Origin: Candidatus Bathyarchaeota archaeon
Lineage (GTDB): Archaea > Thermoproteota > CALKCG01 > B24 > DRYS01
Assembly (NCBI GenBank): GCA_018396535.1
Contig: JAGTQC010000005.1
Coordinates: 64,001 to 128,000 of the forward strand
Length of the DNA: 64,000 nt
Direction of reading: 5' to 3'
Shown: in pieces, positions 50,700 to 60,861 of the stretch
Layout: the number at the start of each line of letters is the position of its first letter
Position numbering within the stretch: position 1 is the stretch's first letter
Notes under the pieces: generated by a model
The model's database searches: none
The model's input: the letters and a program-made list of their open reading frames with translations, nothing else
Told to the model about the DNA's origin: nothing
Program-made: the position numbers and the translations under genes

Positions 50700-51677
50700 T
50701 TGTGGGATTTAATATACGGGTTTACATGCATACTTGGAGGCATAACCCTCCTATACATGAGCTCGGGTAGGGTCGTCGGATATGCGTCTAGGCTAGCATA
50801 CATTCTAAACCTGAGTAAGATATACCTCGGAATGGGTATCATTGCCTTCATAACAGCTCTACCAGAGTTGATAACCTCTGTAGTAGCAGCTACATACGGT
50901 GCCTCACCCCATATGGCGTTAGGTGATGTGGTTGGCTCAAACATATACAATGTACTAGTTGTTATAGGTGTATGTGGGCTAGCTAAGAAGAGATTAAACG
51001 TGGATCGCTATGCTTTAAGAAAGGAAGCTTCGATTATGCTAATCCTATCCACCACCCTTACTCTACTACTCCTCCTAACGCGTAGGTTAACCTCATGGAT
51101 ATCATCCATATTCCTACTAGTATACCCAATCTACCTGTACCGCTCTATAAGATCTATAAATAGGAATGAACTACTAGCTAATGGAGGCTGTAGACATGGT
51201 AAACATAGATGTGAAGCTATCGGCTATCTAGCTATGATGATAGCTTATGGTTTAATCCTTGTAACCGGTGCATACATACTAGTATACGGTGCTATGGTTA
51301 TAACAGATACCTTAAGGTTAAGTCACCTATACGTTGGTATGAATATACTATCATTAGGATGTACAATTCCAGAAATAGCTGTCTCTATAACCGCAACGTT
51401 TAAGGATGAATACGATATAGCCTTCGGAAATGTTATAGGAGATAATATAATAACAATAACATTAGTGCTAGGTATAATAGGTTTAATAGCTCAACCAGAA
51501 GTTACTCTAAGAGATATAATATTCACTATGCCATTCATGATATTTGTAATAATTTTAGTCTTAATCATAAATGAATACTTTAAAAACATTGAGAAAATAC
51601 CTGGATTAGCTATAATAGCACTAACCATAGCATTATACATTCTAGAAACAATATTCTTTCATACATCTATCTTGTAG
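50700..51677 (+). CDS. Na+/Ca2+ (CaCA, YrbG-like) antiporter
   Basis: Alpha repeats TALPEL..GDVVGSNIYN and CTIPEI..GNVIGDNI. Confidence 0.9.
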   Translation: MWDLIYGFTCILGGITLLYMSSGRVVGYASRLAYILNLSKIYLGMGIIAFITALPELITSVVAATYGASPHMALGDVVGSNIYNVLVVIGVCGLAKKRLNVDRYALRKEASIMLILSTTLTLLLLLTRRLTSWISSIFLLVYPIYLYRSIRSINRNELLANGGCRHGKHRCEAIGYLAMMIAYGLILVTGAYILVYGAMVITDTLRLSHLYVGMNILSLGCTIPEIAVSITATFKDEYDIAFGNVIGDNIITITLVLGIIGLIAQPEVTLRDIIFTMPFMIFVIILVLIINEYFKNIEKIPGLAIIALTIALYILETIFFHTSIL

Positions 51678-51701
51678 TATATACGTTACATCATTGAGAT
51701 A

Positions 51702-52220
51702 ACGAACGTTGCAAATGAATCTACAGATATATTTCTCTTACAGAACGATTTACGTGTACTTTACGATGAGGTTTTAGAAGGTAGAAAAACATTAGGTAAT
51801 ACCGTGAATGTATTATGATGAGTGTAAGCTCAAACTTCGGTAACAAGTTCAGTGTTGCCGAGCTTCACTATTCCTACTTATGCTTCCGGTACAGATACTG
51901 CTTAATAGCATACCCTATGGCTTCTCCTAGCCGACAATACCTATAGATGAAGTTGACTATAAAGCCTAATAAAGTAGGATATAAAATTCATTAAACTGTT
52001 CATGATTTATCTCAGACCAGTCAGTTCTCTACCCAGCTCTATAACATTCTTATAATGCTTTTCATTTCCCACTCTTCTAAACAGCTATTCTAGACATCTG
52101 GTTTATCGAATTCTCGCTTCACAAACCATCTTAATCTTTGCTATTAGAACAAACAAGACGCCGATAACATTAGCTGAAGCTACTAAAAGCTGGCTCCACA
52201 AAAGATATAGCTATCGTTTA
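51702..52220 (+). pseudogene. Decayed C-terminal half of an MgtA-type (P-type IIIB) Mg2+ ATPase
   Basis: Fragments across frameshifts and stops: DIFLLQNDLRVLYDEVLEGRKTLGN, IMMSVSSNFGNKFSV, MLPVQILLN, WFIE and SQTILIFAIRT. Confidence 0.85.
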
Positions 52221-53229
52221 AAACAAACACCTATTCCGCCTAAGATGATCGGAATATACCTTACAAAAACTATGAGACTCATCCAAAATGTTATCGCTAC
52301 TATCTTTCTAAACTCAGAAGATGAAATATCGATCGACTCTTTCTAGAAGATCTGTAGAGAAGCATAGAATACCCGCCTAACCACTACCAAATAATTCACG
52401 TTTTATAAGGAAGATAAAGTTAATGCTATACCTTACAGAGCCTAAGAATATTATGGGAAGCATGAAGCTTAGCTTATTTTAAAATATGTAGACATCTACC
52501 AAAACAAATTGTAGAGAATGTGAAGAACAAGAATATCTTCCATCAAAATCAAACTCTAAAATAAGGAAGAAATACTTCAAGCTAGACGTAGTTAAAGAAT
52601 TCTACTTGTTTTTCTTAGGCATCTCTAATATACATAGATGTTATTCATAGTTTACTAAACCCTCTAAATAGCTATAGTATTGGTGTTAATTTCACTTCCA
52701 CCCCCTCTTCATCTGTATGAAGCTCAGCATTTAGTAGTGGTGTTTTCGGTTTTACTCCTTGGAGAAAGATTGCTCCGTATATCTCCCTGACGATTAAATG
52801 CGTGTCGGCTTTAAAGTCAGCAATCTTGAGGTTACGCCTTAAAGCATCCTCATGAACAAAATGAGGCGGAAGGATAATGGCGCATCCTCCCTGGCTGTTA
52901 CCATGTCTAGGAAACGAAACCTTCCAGTAACGTAGCCAACCACGTCTCCCTCCTCAAACTTTGGAAAAGCGTATTCAAGTGTGGCTATATCACCGCTTAT
53001 GTCAATGACCCTCAGCGCTAATCCTATCCTTTAAGATCCTCCTCTCTTCAGACCTCTCCCTTATGAGTAAGCGCTTCGTGAAAGATAGAATCCTATCTCT
53101 ATTCGTGTAAAGCACAGCATAACCATAACGCGGACACGAAACTAAGCCAAACCGAATCCACGTACCACATTTAGAGTAAAACTCCATACCCAGCTACTCA
53201 GAACAAAATTATTCGTAAAGGGTCGAACC

Positions 53230-53454
53230 CTAAAATTTCATTATTTCATCTGAAAATTGCTTAAGATTTATTTTTAACTTTTCATAGTATTCTCTACCTT
53301 TCTCGGTTATTTCCCATATTTCCAGAGAGGTATCCTTTCCTATATATCCTTCATTTATCAGCTTCCATCTTCCCCACCTTATATGGTTCACGCATCTATT
53401 TTCTTTGACCGAGAGCAACATTTCAAGATCCTTTAGCTTAAGCTTATTTTTCAT
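53230..53454 (-). pseudogene. Mrr-N-like winged-helix fragment (restriction-system associated)
   Basis: NHIRWGRWKL..GYI..WEITEKGR pattern, in a low-GC context. Confidence 0.6.
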
Positions 53455-53663
53455 CTTCTTAAAACACCTATTATCATAGACTTGGTAACGTTAATGATAT
53501 TTTACCCAGATCTATTTAATCAGTTTCCTTCTCTCTTGTACACCAGATGAGAGCATACTTTTAGATTGGCAAGTATTAGTCCAGGCAGCTCTTCGTTAAA
53601 GATATTTGAGCTTGCTTTCTTCAGAATCGAGATAATATCTTTCTAAATTCGCATATCAAGCTC

Positions 53664-53890
53664 TTAGGAAATTGAATATGTAGCCTTGGCCCTGGCGGTG
53701 GAGAGGTCGAATGGAACATGCCTAAATATTGCGCATAGGTTAGTAGCGTACTTTAGAACTCTAGCCCTAGAAAGGCCTAGGCTCTTCAAGTAGTCTATGA
53801 AGAACATTAATATTCCACCATAGGGCAACTGGCTCAGCTTAGACCTATCGGTTTCAAGCCCCCCTCAACATTACGTATATCCGCATTCAC
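53664..53890 (-). pseudogene. N-terminal fragment of an archaeal tyrosine integrase/recombinase
   Basis: Manual translation ..FIDYLKSLGLSRARVLKYATNLCAIFRHVPFDLSTA*; frameshifted and truncated, just downstream of the tRNA 3' end. Confidence 0.65.
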
Positions 53891-53953
53891 ACTAAACTCT
53901 GTACTCGAAGACTTGAAAAAGGAGGCTATGTAGGACTCCAGAATTAGGGGTGA

Positions 53954-54030
53954 TGGAGCCTCGGGCGGGATTCGAACCCGCGACCCGCAGCTTACGAGGC
54001 TGCTGCTCTACCAGGCTGAGCTACCGAGGC
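53954..54030 (-). tRNA. tRNA-Thr(CGU), intronless, CCA encoded
   Basis: Reverse complement is identical to 10533-10606 except the anticodon is CGT, followed by CCA. Confidence 0.97.
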
Positions 54031-54074
54031 TCTATACTTTACTTCTATTTTTCGGAAATTTATTCTTTAACCCT

Positions 54075-54804
54075 AGCTGTGTATGAGAGTCTTGATACCG
54101 GTTCTCTATACTCTCCTTCTATCTATAGGTATATCTACCGGTTTTCTTTTGAAGCTGGATTGTATTATGCAGTTAACTACTTCTTACTCTTTCTACAGCT
54201 TCCACCATATCTTCCATGAGGATTCTTTGAATTCTATCCTATTATATCTAGATCCTGATCTACCCCGTTTCTCAGTAGATGAGAGTACATGTTCTCTAGA
54301 GTATCTACTTCGGAATATCCTATCTCGATTTCTCCATTCTATTAGTCTAGGATTATCCTACTCCCAGCTAGAGTTATCTTGATCGTCGTAGGGTTATCCA
54401 CTAGACCTGTCTGTACCACCATCTAAATACTATTCTCGATTAATACTACTGTTTACTAAATCCTCTACTTCTTCAGCTTTATGTAGTACTAATGGTAAAT
54501 ATTATGATATAGTTTGATTCATTAATACGTTTCGCATAATATATGCTTTCCATGTTTGTAAGTTTCTAAATCTATATCTCTATGGGTGTGGTGAGGTGTA
54601 CATATGCATATTACACCGTGATTGCTTAGATTGAGTATATCGTTATAGTCTACGAACCATTTTGCATTATTCCTCTCTCTTTCACTCCTAGCTAACTCTT
54701 ATTTTATCACATACATCTACGAGTTTAGCATTCTCCACCCTATTTATACCATCCATATGTGTACGTCCTATGCATCTAAGCTCTACTATACTAAATCCTA
54801 TCAT
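54075..54804 (-). pseudogene. Decayed Gfo/Idh/MocA-family sugar oxidoreductase
   Basis: Fragments MIGFSIV..IGRTH..NAKLVDVCD and WFVDY..ICTPHHTH..HGKHILCE, with multiple stops and frameshifts. Confidence 0.8.
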
Positions 54805-54913
54805 AGCTATGATAGGCCTCGATTATTCATGGATATAGGAGGTATAGTTTGGTAATACATAATCTGAATGAAGCTTGAATTCTATAGTGTTAGAGTAGGG
54901 TTGGTTAACTATT

Positions 54914-55348
54914 TTATAGATCTAGTATAAACCGTGCTTTCACACCTTCTTCATCTTTATAAACCTTCATCTGATGGTATGTTACAGCTTTGATACTAGT
55001 CTTAGATATATGTCTTCTAGGATCGTATACTTCACCTAAGATACGTGCTCTAAGCTTATACATATCATCCTCCATACCTATATACTCTACATCTATTTTA
55101 GAAGCTAGGAATCCATCTATATCAACCATTATTAATAGCTTCTCAAGCCAATCGTATAATAATGCTTCTAGATCCTCCCCCTCAGCTTCGATTATCCTCT
55201 CATCCCTAGGCTCGATTAGACTAGTATCAGTTATAACTTCGTAGAGAGCTAAACCTGCATTCTCGTAGCATTCTTCATAGCTTCCACCATAAGCTTCTAT
55301 ATAGGCATCGGCTGAATGCTCTAGGAATCTAAACCCTCCCATACCCAT
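54914..55348 (-). CDS. Archease (RtcB activator)
   Basis: FLEHSAD, LLYDWL and IKAVTYH. Confidence 0.95.
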   Translation of the reverse strand: MGMGGFRFLEHSADAYIEAYGGSYEECYENAGLALYEVITDTSLIEPRDERIIEAEGEDLEALLYDWLEKLLIMVDIDGFLASKIDVEYIGMEDDMYKLRARILGEVYDPRRHISKTSIKAVTYHQMKVYKDEEGVKARFILDL

Positions 55349-55352
55349 CCCT

Positions 55353-56429
55353 TCATCTACTCATCAACATTCTAAGCTTCTCCTTGAATTTAAGCCTTGC
55401 ATCTACTTCTTCTTTAAGTCTACCTATGATAGCTATATCTCCGGGATCAACTCCTCTTAACTCAGCTAGGTATAGAGAAGTCATATCTCCTACATATACT
55501 AGGCTAGCTATACAAGCTAGCCTAGATGAACCGCTACCCCAAACCTCTATTAAATCCGATACCCTATCATGTAGAAGATTCTTAGTAACTTCCATCCTAA
55601 TCCTAGCCTCCTCGGATTCTAGTATAGATCTTAGAAGTATAACAGCTATGTTACTAGGCCTGAATCCGTTATCCTGGTAGGCTACTATCTCGTTATGGTG
55701 GAGTTCAGGTATACTAGCATCGACTGCGTAGACTTTACTATTCTCGTTAAACTGGGTTCTCCATCTGAAAGCTACGGAGCTTATAGACTCCCATCCATAT
55801 ATGATCGGTAGCTTATAAAGTACTCTATACGCTATATGTTTAGCTATATTACCCTCCTCTACCGTTACTGATGGTGCTAGCCTACTTCTAAGCATTTCTA
55901 AAGCTTTCAGAGTATCTTGAAGCTCATCTTTAAACCTACCTGAATCTAGTATGTTAGCTTCTAGAAAAGCTAGGGTTGAGGATAGCATAACGCCTAGAGC
56001 TGCTCTAGGCTGGTATCCTCTAGGTACCTTTATATGCGGTACACCTAGATTATAGCATAGCTCTTCTAGTAAGCCTCCAGAACTTAAGCCTACTATCCTA
56101 GCTCCAAGCTTGAAGGATCTGTAAGCTATACTTAAAGCCTCCTCTGTATCACCTGAATAGCTTAAGACGAGTACTAGTATATTCTTATCGATGAAGTTTG
56201 GAGGATTGTATCCTCTAATCGTGTAGACTGGTATACGACACCATTCTCTAAGCCAATCTGAGGCTAAGCCTCCTACGATAGCTGATCCACCCATACCTGC
56301 GAATACTATACCACTCGGCCTCCATCCATCGAGGTAGCTTGATGCATCGATCTTGAAGCCTATATCCGCCCCCATCTTATACTGATCTACAGATTCCAGT
56401 ATCGCTTTGAATACAGGGTTTAGATCCAT
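55353..56429 (-). CDS. Bifunctional phosphoglucose/phosphomannose isomerase
   Basis: GMGGS, SYSGDTEE, QPRAA, QFNENSK and PELHHNE. Confidence 0.93.
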   Translation of the reverse strand: MDLNPVFKAILESVDQYKMGADIGFKIDASSYLDGWRPSGIVFAGMGGSAIVGGLASDWLREWCRIPVYTIRGYNPPNFIDKNILVLVLSYSGDTEEALSIAYRSFKLGARIVGLSSGGLLEELCYNLGVPHIKVPRGYQPRAALGVMLSSTLAFLEANILDSGRFKDELQDTLKALEMLRSRLAPSVTVEEGNIAKHIAYRVLYKLPIIYGWESISSVAFRWRTQFNENSKVYAVDASIPELHHNEIVAYQDNGFRPSNIAVILLRSILESEEARIRMEVTKNLLHDRVSDLIEVWGSGSSRLACIASLVYVGDMTSLYLAELRGVDPGDIAIIGRLKEEVDARLKFKEKLRMLMSR

Positions 56430-56580
56430 ACCTCTGCAACCCCTACTCTATCTTGGATATTTAGCGTAATACCTTATCGAAGAATATAAACCTCTGTAGG
56501 AGCTGGGGTTTTGATAGAGTTAATTAGGAGTGTTAGCTATATCGGTGAGGTTAGTTTAAATATAGCTGGAGGTTTGGTAG

Positions 56581-57597
56581 ATGGGTTTCGAGATAGGCTT
56601 AATATATGCTACGATCCTATCTCTAGCATCATCGTTCTTAGCGACTCTTATAGCTACACCTAGGATAGCTGAATTCAATAAGCGTCGTGGTATAGTCGGT
56701 GTCGACTACCATAAGCCTGGTAGGCCTGAGATACCTGAGATGGGTGGTTTATCCATGCTTATAGGTCTATCTATATCTAGTATGGTAATCCTAGTCCTCT
56801 ATCCATCAAGCTTCTGGTATACCTTAAGCTTCATACTCACTGTGCTATCGGTTGGCTGTGTAGGAGTAGTGGATGATCTCTTAGGTTTAGGTGCTAGGGT
56901 TAAGCCATTATTAACGTTTATAGCAGGTTTAGTACCGGTTCTCCTTAATATACCTGCATACCCGAAGATCTATGAGGGATACCTATCCGTACCATTCGGT
57001 AGGATTAGGATAACGATACTATACAATCTACTCCTACCTATAGGTATAGCTGTATCCTCTAATACTATGAATATGTGTGATCCTGTTAACGGTGTTATGG
57101 CTGGTTCATCGATAATCATATCGTTAACCCTACTCTTAGCTTCACTATTCACTGATAGATTTTATGCTTCACCCTATATAGCATCCATACTAGGATGTGC
57201 TCTAGCCTTCTACATCTATAACAGGTATCCGGCTAGGGTGTTCCCAGGGGATACTGGTACCCTATCGCTGGGTGCTGCTATAGCTTATGCATCCGTTATA
57301 GGAAGGCTAGAGTTTATAGCTTTAATAGCTATGCTTACACAGATACTTAACGCTCTATTCACCTTGATAAGCTTAGGGGGTTTGATCGAGAGGAGGAGTA
57401 TAAGCGAGAGACCTGTACGTGTACTCGATGATGGGCGTATAGTAGCTAGCGTTAACCCTCAGGCTCCCATAACCTTAACTAGGATGTTCACAGCTTCTAG
57501 ACCTATGAGTGAGAGGGAGGTAGCCTACTCCTTCTTCATACTTACAAGCTTCTCATGTATACTAGCTTTGATTACTATACCTTTGATACCTAGGTGA
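56581..57597 (+). CDS. UDP-GlcNAc:dolichyl-phosphate GlcNAc-1-P transferase (AglH/GPT, MraY family)
   Basis: D.HKP...IPEMGG, DD, NM.D..NG and YNRYPARVFPGDTG. Confidence 0.9.
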   Translation: MGFEIGLIYATILSLASSFLATLIATPRIAEFNKRRGIVGVDYHKPGRPEIPEMGGLSMLIGLSISSMVILVLYPSSFWYTLSFILTVLSVGCVGVVDDLLGLGARVKPLLTFIAGLVPVLLNIPAYPKIYEGYLSVPFGRIRITILYNLLLPIGIAVSSNTMNMCDPVNGVMAGSSIIISLTLLLASLFTDRFYASPYIASILGCALAFYIYNRYPARVFPGDTGTLSLGAAIAYASVIGRLEFIALIAMLTQILNALFTLISLGGLIERRSISERPVRVLDDGRIVASVNPQAPITLTRMFTASRPMSEREVAYSFFILTSFSCILALITIPLIPR

Positions 57598-57603
57598 TTA
57601 GCT

Positions 57604-57855
57604 ATGGTTAGGTTAGGATTCTTCCTGAATATACTATTCGCTTGGCTCCTCCTAATAGTACTATCATACCTAACTATCAATGTAATAGCATCGATAACTA
57701 TCCCAGATGGATATATATTCAAGCTTATCGAAGCTATAGTTAAAGCTCTATCGGTAGCTATACTCCTAGCTCTATGGCTTTATACGTGGAGGAGGATTTC
57801 TAAGCTATACTTCGAGAAGCTTCTGAAGGGTAGGGTATCGGTATCCAGCTTCTAG
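57604..57855 (+). CDS. Small two-TM membrane protein
   Basis: Two hydrophobic helices; co-oriented with the preceding gene. Confidence 0.55.
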   Translation: MVRLGFFLNILFAWLLLIVLSYLTINVIASITIPDGYIFKLIEAIVKALSVAILLALWLYTWRRISKLYFEKLLKGRVSVSSF

Positions 57856-57908
57856 CGATATAGTTATAAGCATCGATTTCATCCTCTACCAGTACCAGTG
57901 TATAGGTT

Positions 57909-58376
57909 ATGCCTAGCTGGGGATACTCTCTTAAATCTCTGAATCTAGATCCTGAGAGGACTGCTATAGCTTCGCTTAGAGATGTAGATATGAGTATGAA
58001 GAAGGCTGTAGAGGTATGCTCATCGATAAAGGGTTTAACTCTAGAGGAGGCTAGGAGGCTTTTAAGAGATGTTATAGCTTTGAAGAAGCCTATACCTTAT
58101 AGACGGTACTTTAAGAAAGGATCGCATAAACGTCAACTTCAGGAGTGGCATAGTGGTGGATACCCTGTTAAAGTATGTCGCTATCTACTTAAACTACTGG
58201 ATTCTGTAGAAGCTAATGCTGAGCATAAGGGTCTCGATACTAGTAGACTTGTTATAGTTCACGCTGCTGTTCATAAGGGTAGGAGGATACCTAGATATAT
58301 GCCTAGAGCCTTCGGTAGAGCTACTAGATGGGGTAGGCAATTGGTGCATGTAGAGATAGCTGTTCGTGAATTATAG
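57909..58376 (+). CDS. rpl22: 50S ribosomal protein L22 (uL22)
   Basis: S.KKAVEVC, GYPVK, ANAEHKGLD and PRAFGRAT. Confidence 0.95.
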   Translation: MPSWGYSLKSLNLDPERTAIASLRDVDMSMKKAVEVCSSIKGLTLEEARRLLRDVIALKKPIPYRRYFKKGSHKRQLQEWHSGGYPVKVCRYLLKLLDSVEANAEHKGLDTSRLVIVHAAVHKGRRIPRYMPRAFGRATRWGRQLVHVEIAVREL

Positions 58377-58493
58377 AGTGTTCTCCGAGTATCTATCAGA
58401 AGATCCTAGTCTATGCTGCCGGGTTTAACATATACCGGTTCTCAAAGCTTTAAACACTGCTTTCAACGCTACCCTATCTAGAGGTATCGGATT

Positions 58494-59039
58494 ATGCAGT
58501 CTGAGAAGGGTGGTTATATATTCGAGGATCTAGGCTGTACGGTATCTGATGAAGAGTCTGAGCAGGCTGAGAGGGAGCTTAAACTACTCTTATTCGAGAA
58601 GGGTCTACTCGAAGATATCCTATCTAGTATACAGGATGCTGGATCGATAGATCCATCGGATAGGGAGAGGATCTATAGGAAGTATGATGATCAGCTTAGA
58701 TCTATAGAGGAGCGTATAGGTAGATGTAGACTCGTAGTTAAGCTTAGGAAGCTTGAACTCGGTAGGATGAAGCTTCTCGATATGCTGAGAGATAGGCTTG
58801 AGAATTTAGATAGGGAGATTATGGAGATCCGCTCAACTCTAGGTAAGCAGAGGAGGGAGTCTAGAACTAAACCTGAGGTTGTGGAATCTAAGCAGGCTAG
58901 GAGTCGTGTAGCCGAGGCTAGGGGGGTTAAGCAGGTAGAGGTGGTAGAGGATTTGGGGGAGAGGGATGAGCTTCAGAAGCTTCAAGAAGATATAATGGCT
59001 ACCTTAGAGAAGCTTGAACAGTTGGATCTCGAGCTTTAG
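58494..59039 (+). CDS. Hypothetical coiled-coil protein
   Basis: E/K/R/L-rich helical ORF. Confidence 0.55.
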   Translation: MQSEKGGYIFEDLGCTVSDEESEQAERELKLLLFEKGLLEDILSSIQDAGSIDPSDRERIYRKYDDQLRSIEERIGRCRLVVKLRKLELGRMKLLDMLRDRLENLDREIMEIRSTLGKQRRESRTKPEVVESKQARSRVAEARGVKQVEVVEDLGERDELQKLQEDIMATLEKLEQLDLEL

Positions 59040-59044
59040 CAACG

Positions 59045-59416
59045 TTATCCTCCTAGATGCTTCTCGATAACCCTCCTCAACCTATCCTTCGATAGTAGCC
59101 CTTCTATACGTTCTACGAGTACTCTATCCTTGAATACTATTATCGTAGGGATAGCTGTTATACTATAGGTTACCGCTAGGATCCTACCGAGGGGTTTATC
59201 TACGTTAACCTTACCGAACGATACTCTCCCACTATACTCTGAAGCTAAATCCTCTATGATAGGTGCTAGTAGCCTACATGGCATACACCATTCAGCCCAG
59301 AAATCTATGACTACCACACCATCCCTTCCTATAAACCTCCTATACTCTTCTAGAGATTCTTCACCTAGCTCACGTATAGGCTCCATACCATCCCCCCTAT
59401 ACCGCAACCATAACAA
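59045..59416 (-). CDS. trxA: Thioredoxin (true start probably the internal Met)
   Basis: DFWAEWCMPCR and IPT. Confidence 0.93.
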   Translation of the reverse strand: MLWLRYRGDGMEPIRELGEESLEEYRRFIGRDGVVVIDFWAEWCMPCRLLAPIIEDLASEYSGRVSFGKVNVDKPLGRILAVTYSITAIPTIIVFKDRVLVERIEGLLSKDRLRRVIEKHLGG

Positions 59417-60776
59417 TTACATCGTTTACATTCGTTCCTGTAGGTCCTGTGAATATACAATCCCCAAGCTTAGAGAAGAAGCTATAGCTATCATTCCTAT
59501 CTAGATACTCCTCAGGCTTCAATCCTAGTGTTAAAGCCCTATCGTATGTATAGCCATCGGCTACAGCTCCAGCTGCATCTGTAAGTCCATCCACTCCATC
59601 AGTCCCCATGGAGGCTATGGCAACTCCTCTAAACCCTCTAATCTTAATCGATGCTGCTAGAGTTAACTCCTGATTCCTACCTCCAACCCCATCACCTTTA
59701 ACAGTAACCGTTGTCTCACCTCCAGCTAGTATAACGGTAGGTTTGGGTGTAGGCTTACTCTTCAAAACTACACCCTTCAATACGCCTGCTAGCGTATATC
59801 CTACATACCTAGCCTCCCCCTCTATGTATGATGAGAGGTTTACGACGTTGTAACCCATACCCCTAGCATGCTTCTCCATCTCTTCCAAAGCTATAGAGTT
59901 ACCGGCTATTATGAAGTTGTAGGTTTTCTCGAATATACGATCTCCTGGTTTAGGTGTCTCGGATATCATACCTGCACATCCGGCTTCTATTATCTTCCTC
60001 ACGCTATCTGGTATAGAATCCCATACCCTATATCTCTGGAGTATGCTTCTAGCATAATCGTATGTAGTCGTATCTGGGGCTGTCGGTCCTGAAGCTATGG
60101 TATCGAGCCTATCACCTACTACATCCGATACTATGAGGGATATGATCGTAGCTGGGTAGGCTGCAGCTGCTAATCTACCACCCTTAACCTGTGATAGATG
60201 CTTCCTAACAGCGTTTATATCCTCTATAGGTGCACCGCATTTAAGCAGAATCGATGTAAGCTTCTGTAGATCTTCTAGCGATACTCCTTCGATAGGTTTA
60301 GTCATTAGAGCAGATCCTCCACCAGATAGGAGGCAGAAGATTAGGGTATCCTCACCTACTCCTTTAAGCATATCGAGCATAGCTGAGACTCCTCTAACAC
60401 CACCCTCATCAGGTATGGGATGACCTGCTTCGTTGAGTTTAATCCTCCTAACCTTGTATAGTCTAGATGTTCCTCTAGGTATATTAACTACTCCGCTATC
60501 TATATGTTCACCAAGTATCTCTTCTAAAGCTTCAGCCATAGCTCCTGAAGCTTTCCCACCACCTACGACTAGTATCCTACTATACTTCTTTAGATCGTAT
60601 TCTACACCCATCACGTATAGCTTATCCCTAGAGATGCTTACACTTCTCTTAACAGCTATCCTAGGATCAGATGCTTCCAAAGCCTTATCTAGTAGTCTTA
60701 GTATAGCTTCTCTAGCAGCTCTATCCTCATCGTATACAGCGTTACCTAATATTCTTTCAGGAGATCTAATCCTCAT
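59397..60776 (-). CDS. Glycerate 2-kinase (MOFRL/class II)
   Basis: GGGKA, SGGGS, SDVVGD, GGET, GGRNQE and TGPTGTNVND. Confidence 0.93.
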   Translation of the reverse strand: MRIRSPERILGNAVYDEDRAAREAILRLLDKALEASDPRIAVKRSVSISRDKLYVMGVEYDLKKYSRILVVGGGKASGAMAEALEEILGEHIDSGVVNIPRGTSRLYKVRRIKLNEAGHPIPDEGGVRGVSAMLDMLKGVGEDTLIFCLLSGGGSALMTKPIEGVSLEDLQKLTSILLKCGAPIEDINAVRKHLSQVKGGRLAAAAYPATIISLIVSDVVGDRLDTIASGPTAPDTTTYDYARSILQRYRVWDSIPDSVRKIIEAGCAGMISETPKPGDRIFEKTYNFIIAGNSIALEEMEKHARGMGYNVVNLSSYIEGEARYVGYTLAGVLKGVVLKSKPTPKPTVILAGGETTVTVKGDGVGGRNQELTLAASIKIRGFRGVAIASMGTDGVDGLTDAAGAVADGYTYDRALTLGLKPEEYLDRNDSYSFFSKLGDCIFTGPTGTNVNDVIVMVAV

Positions 60777-60861
60777 ATCCTACCAGGGTTAGGATAGGTT
60801 GGAGCGAAGTTCTTAAATCTATCCTCGCATAGACTATTCTAGGTTTGGAGAGCTGATCGAT

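Noticed and set aside
53950-54382. Plus-strand ORFs 53950-54219 and 54083-54382
   Set aside because: They are antisense to the tRNA and the oxidoreductase pseudogene, so they are shadow frames.
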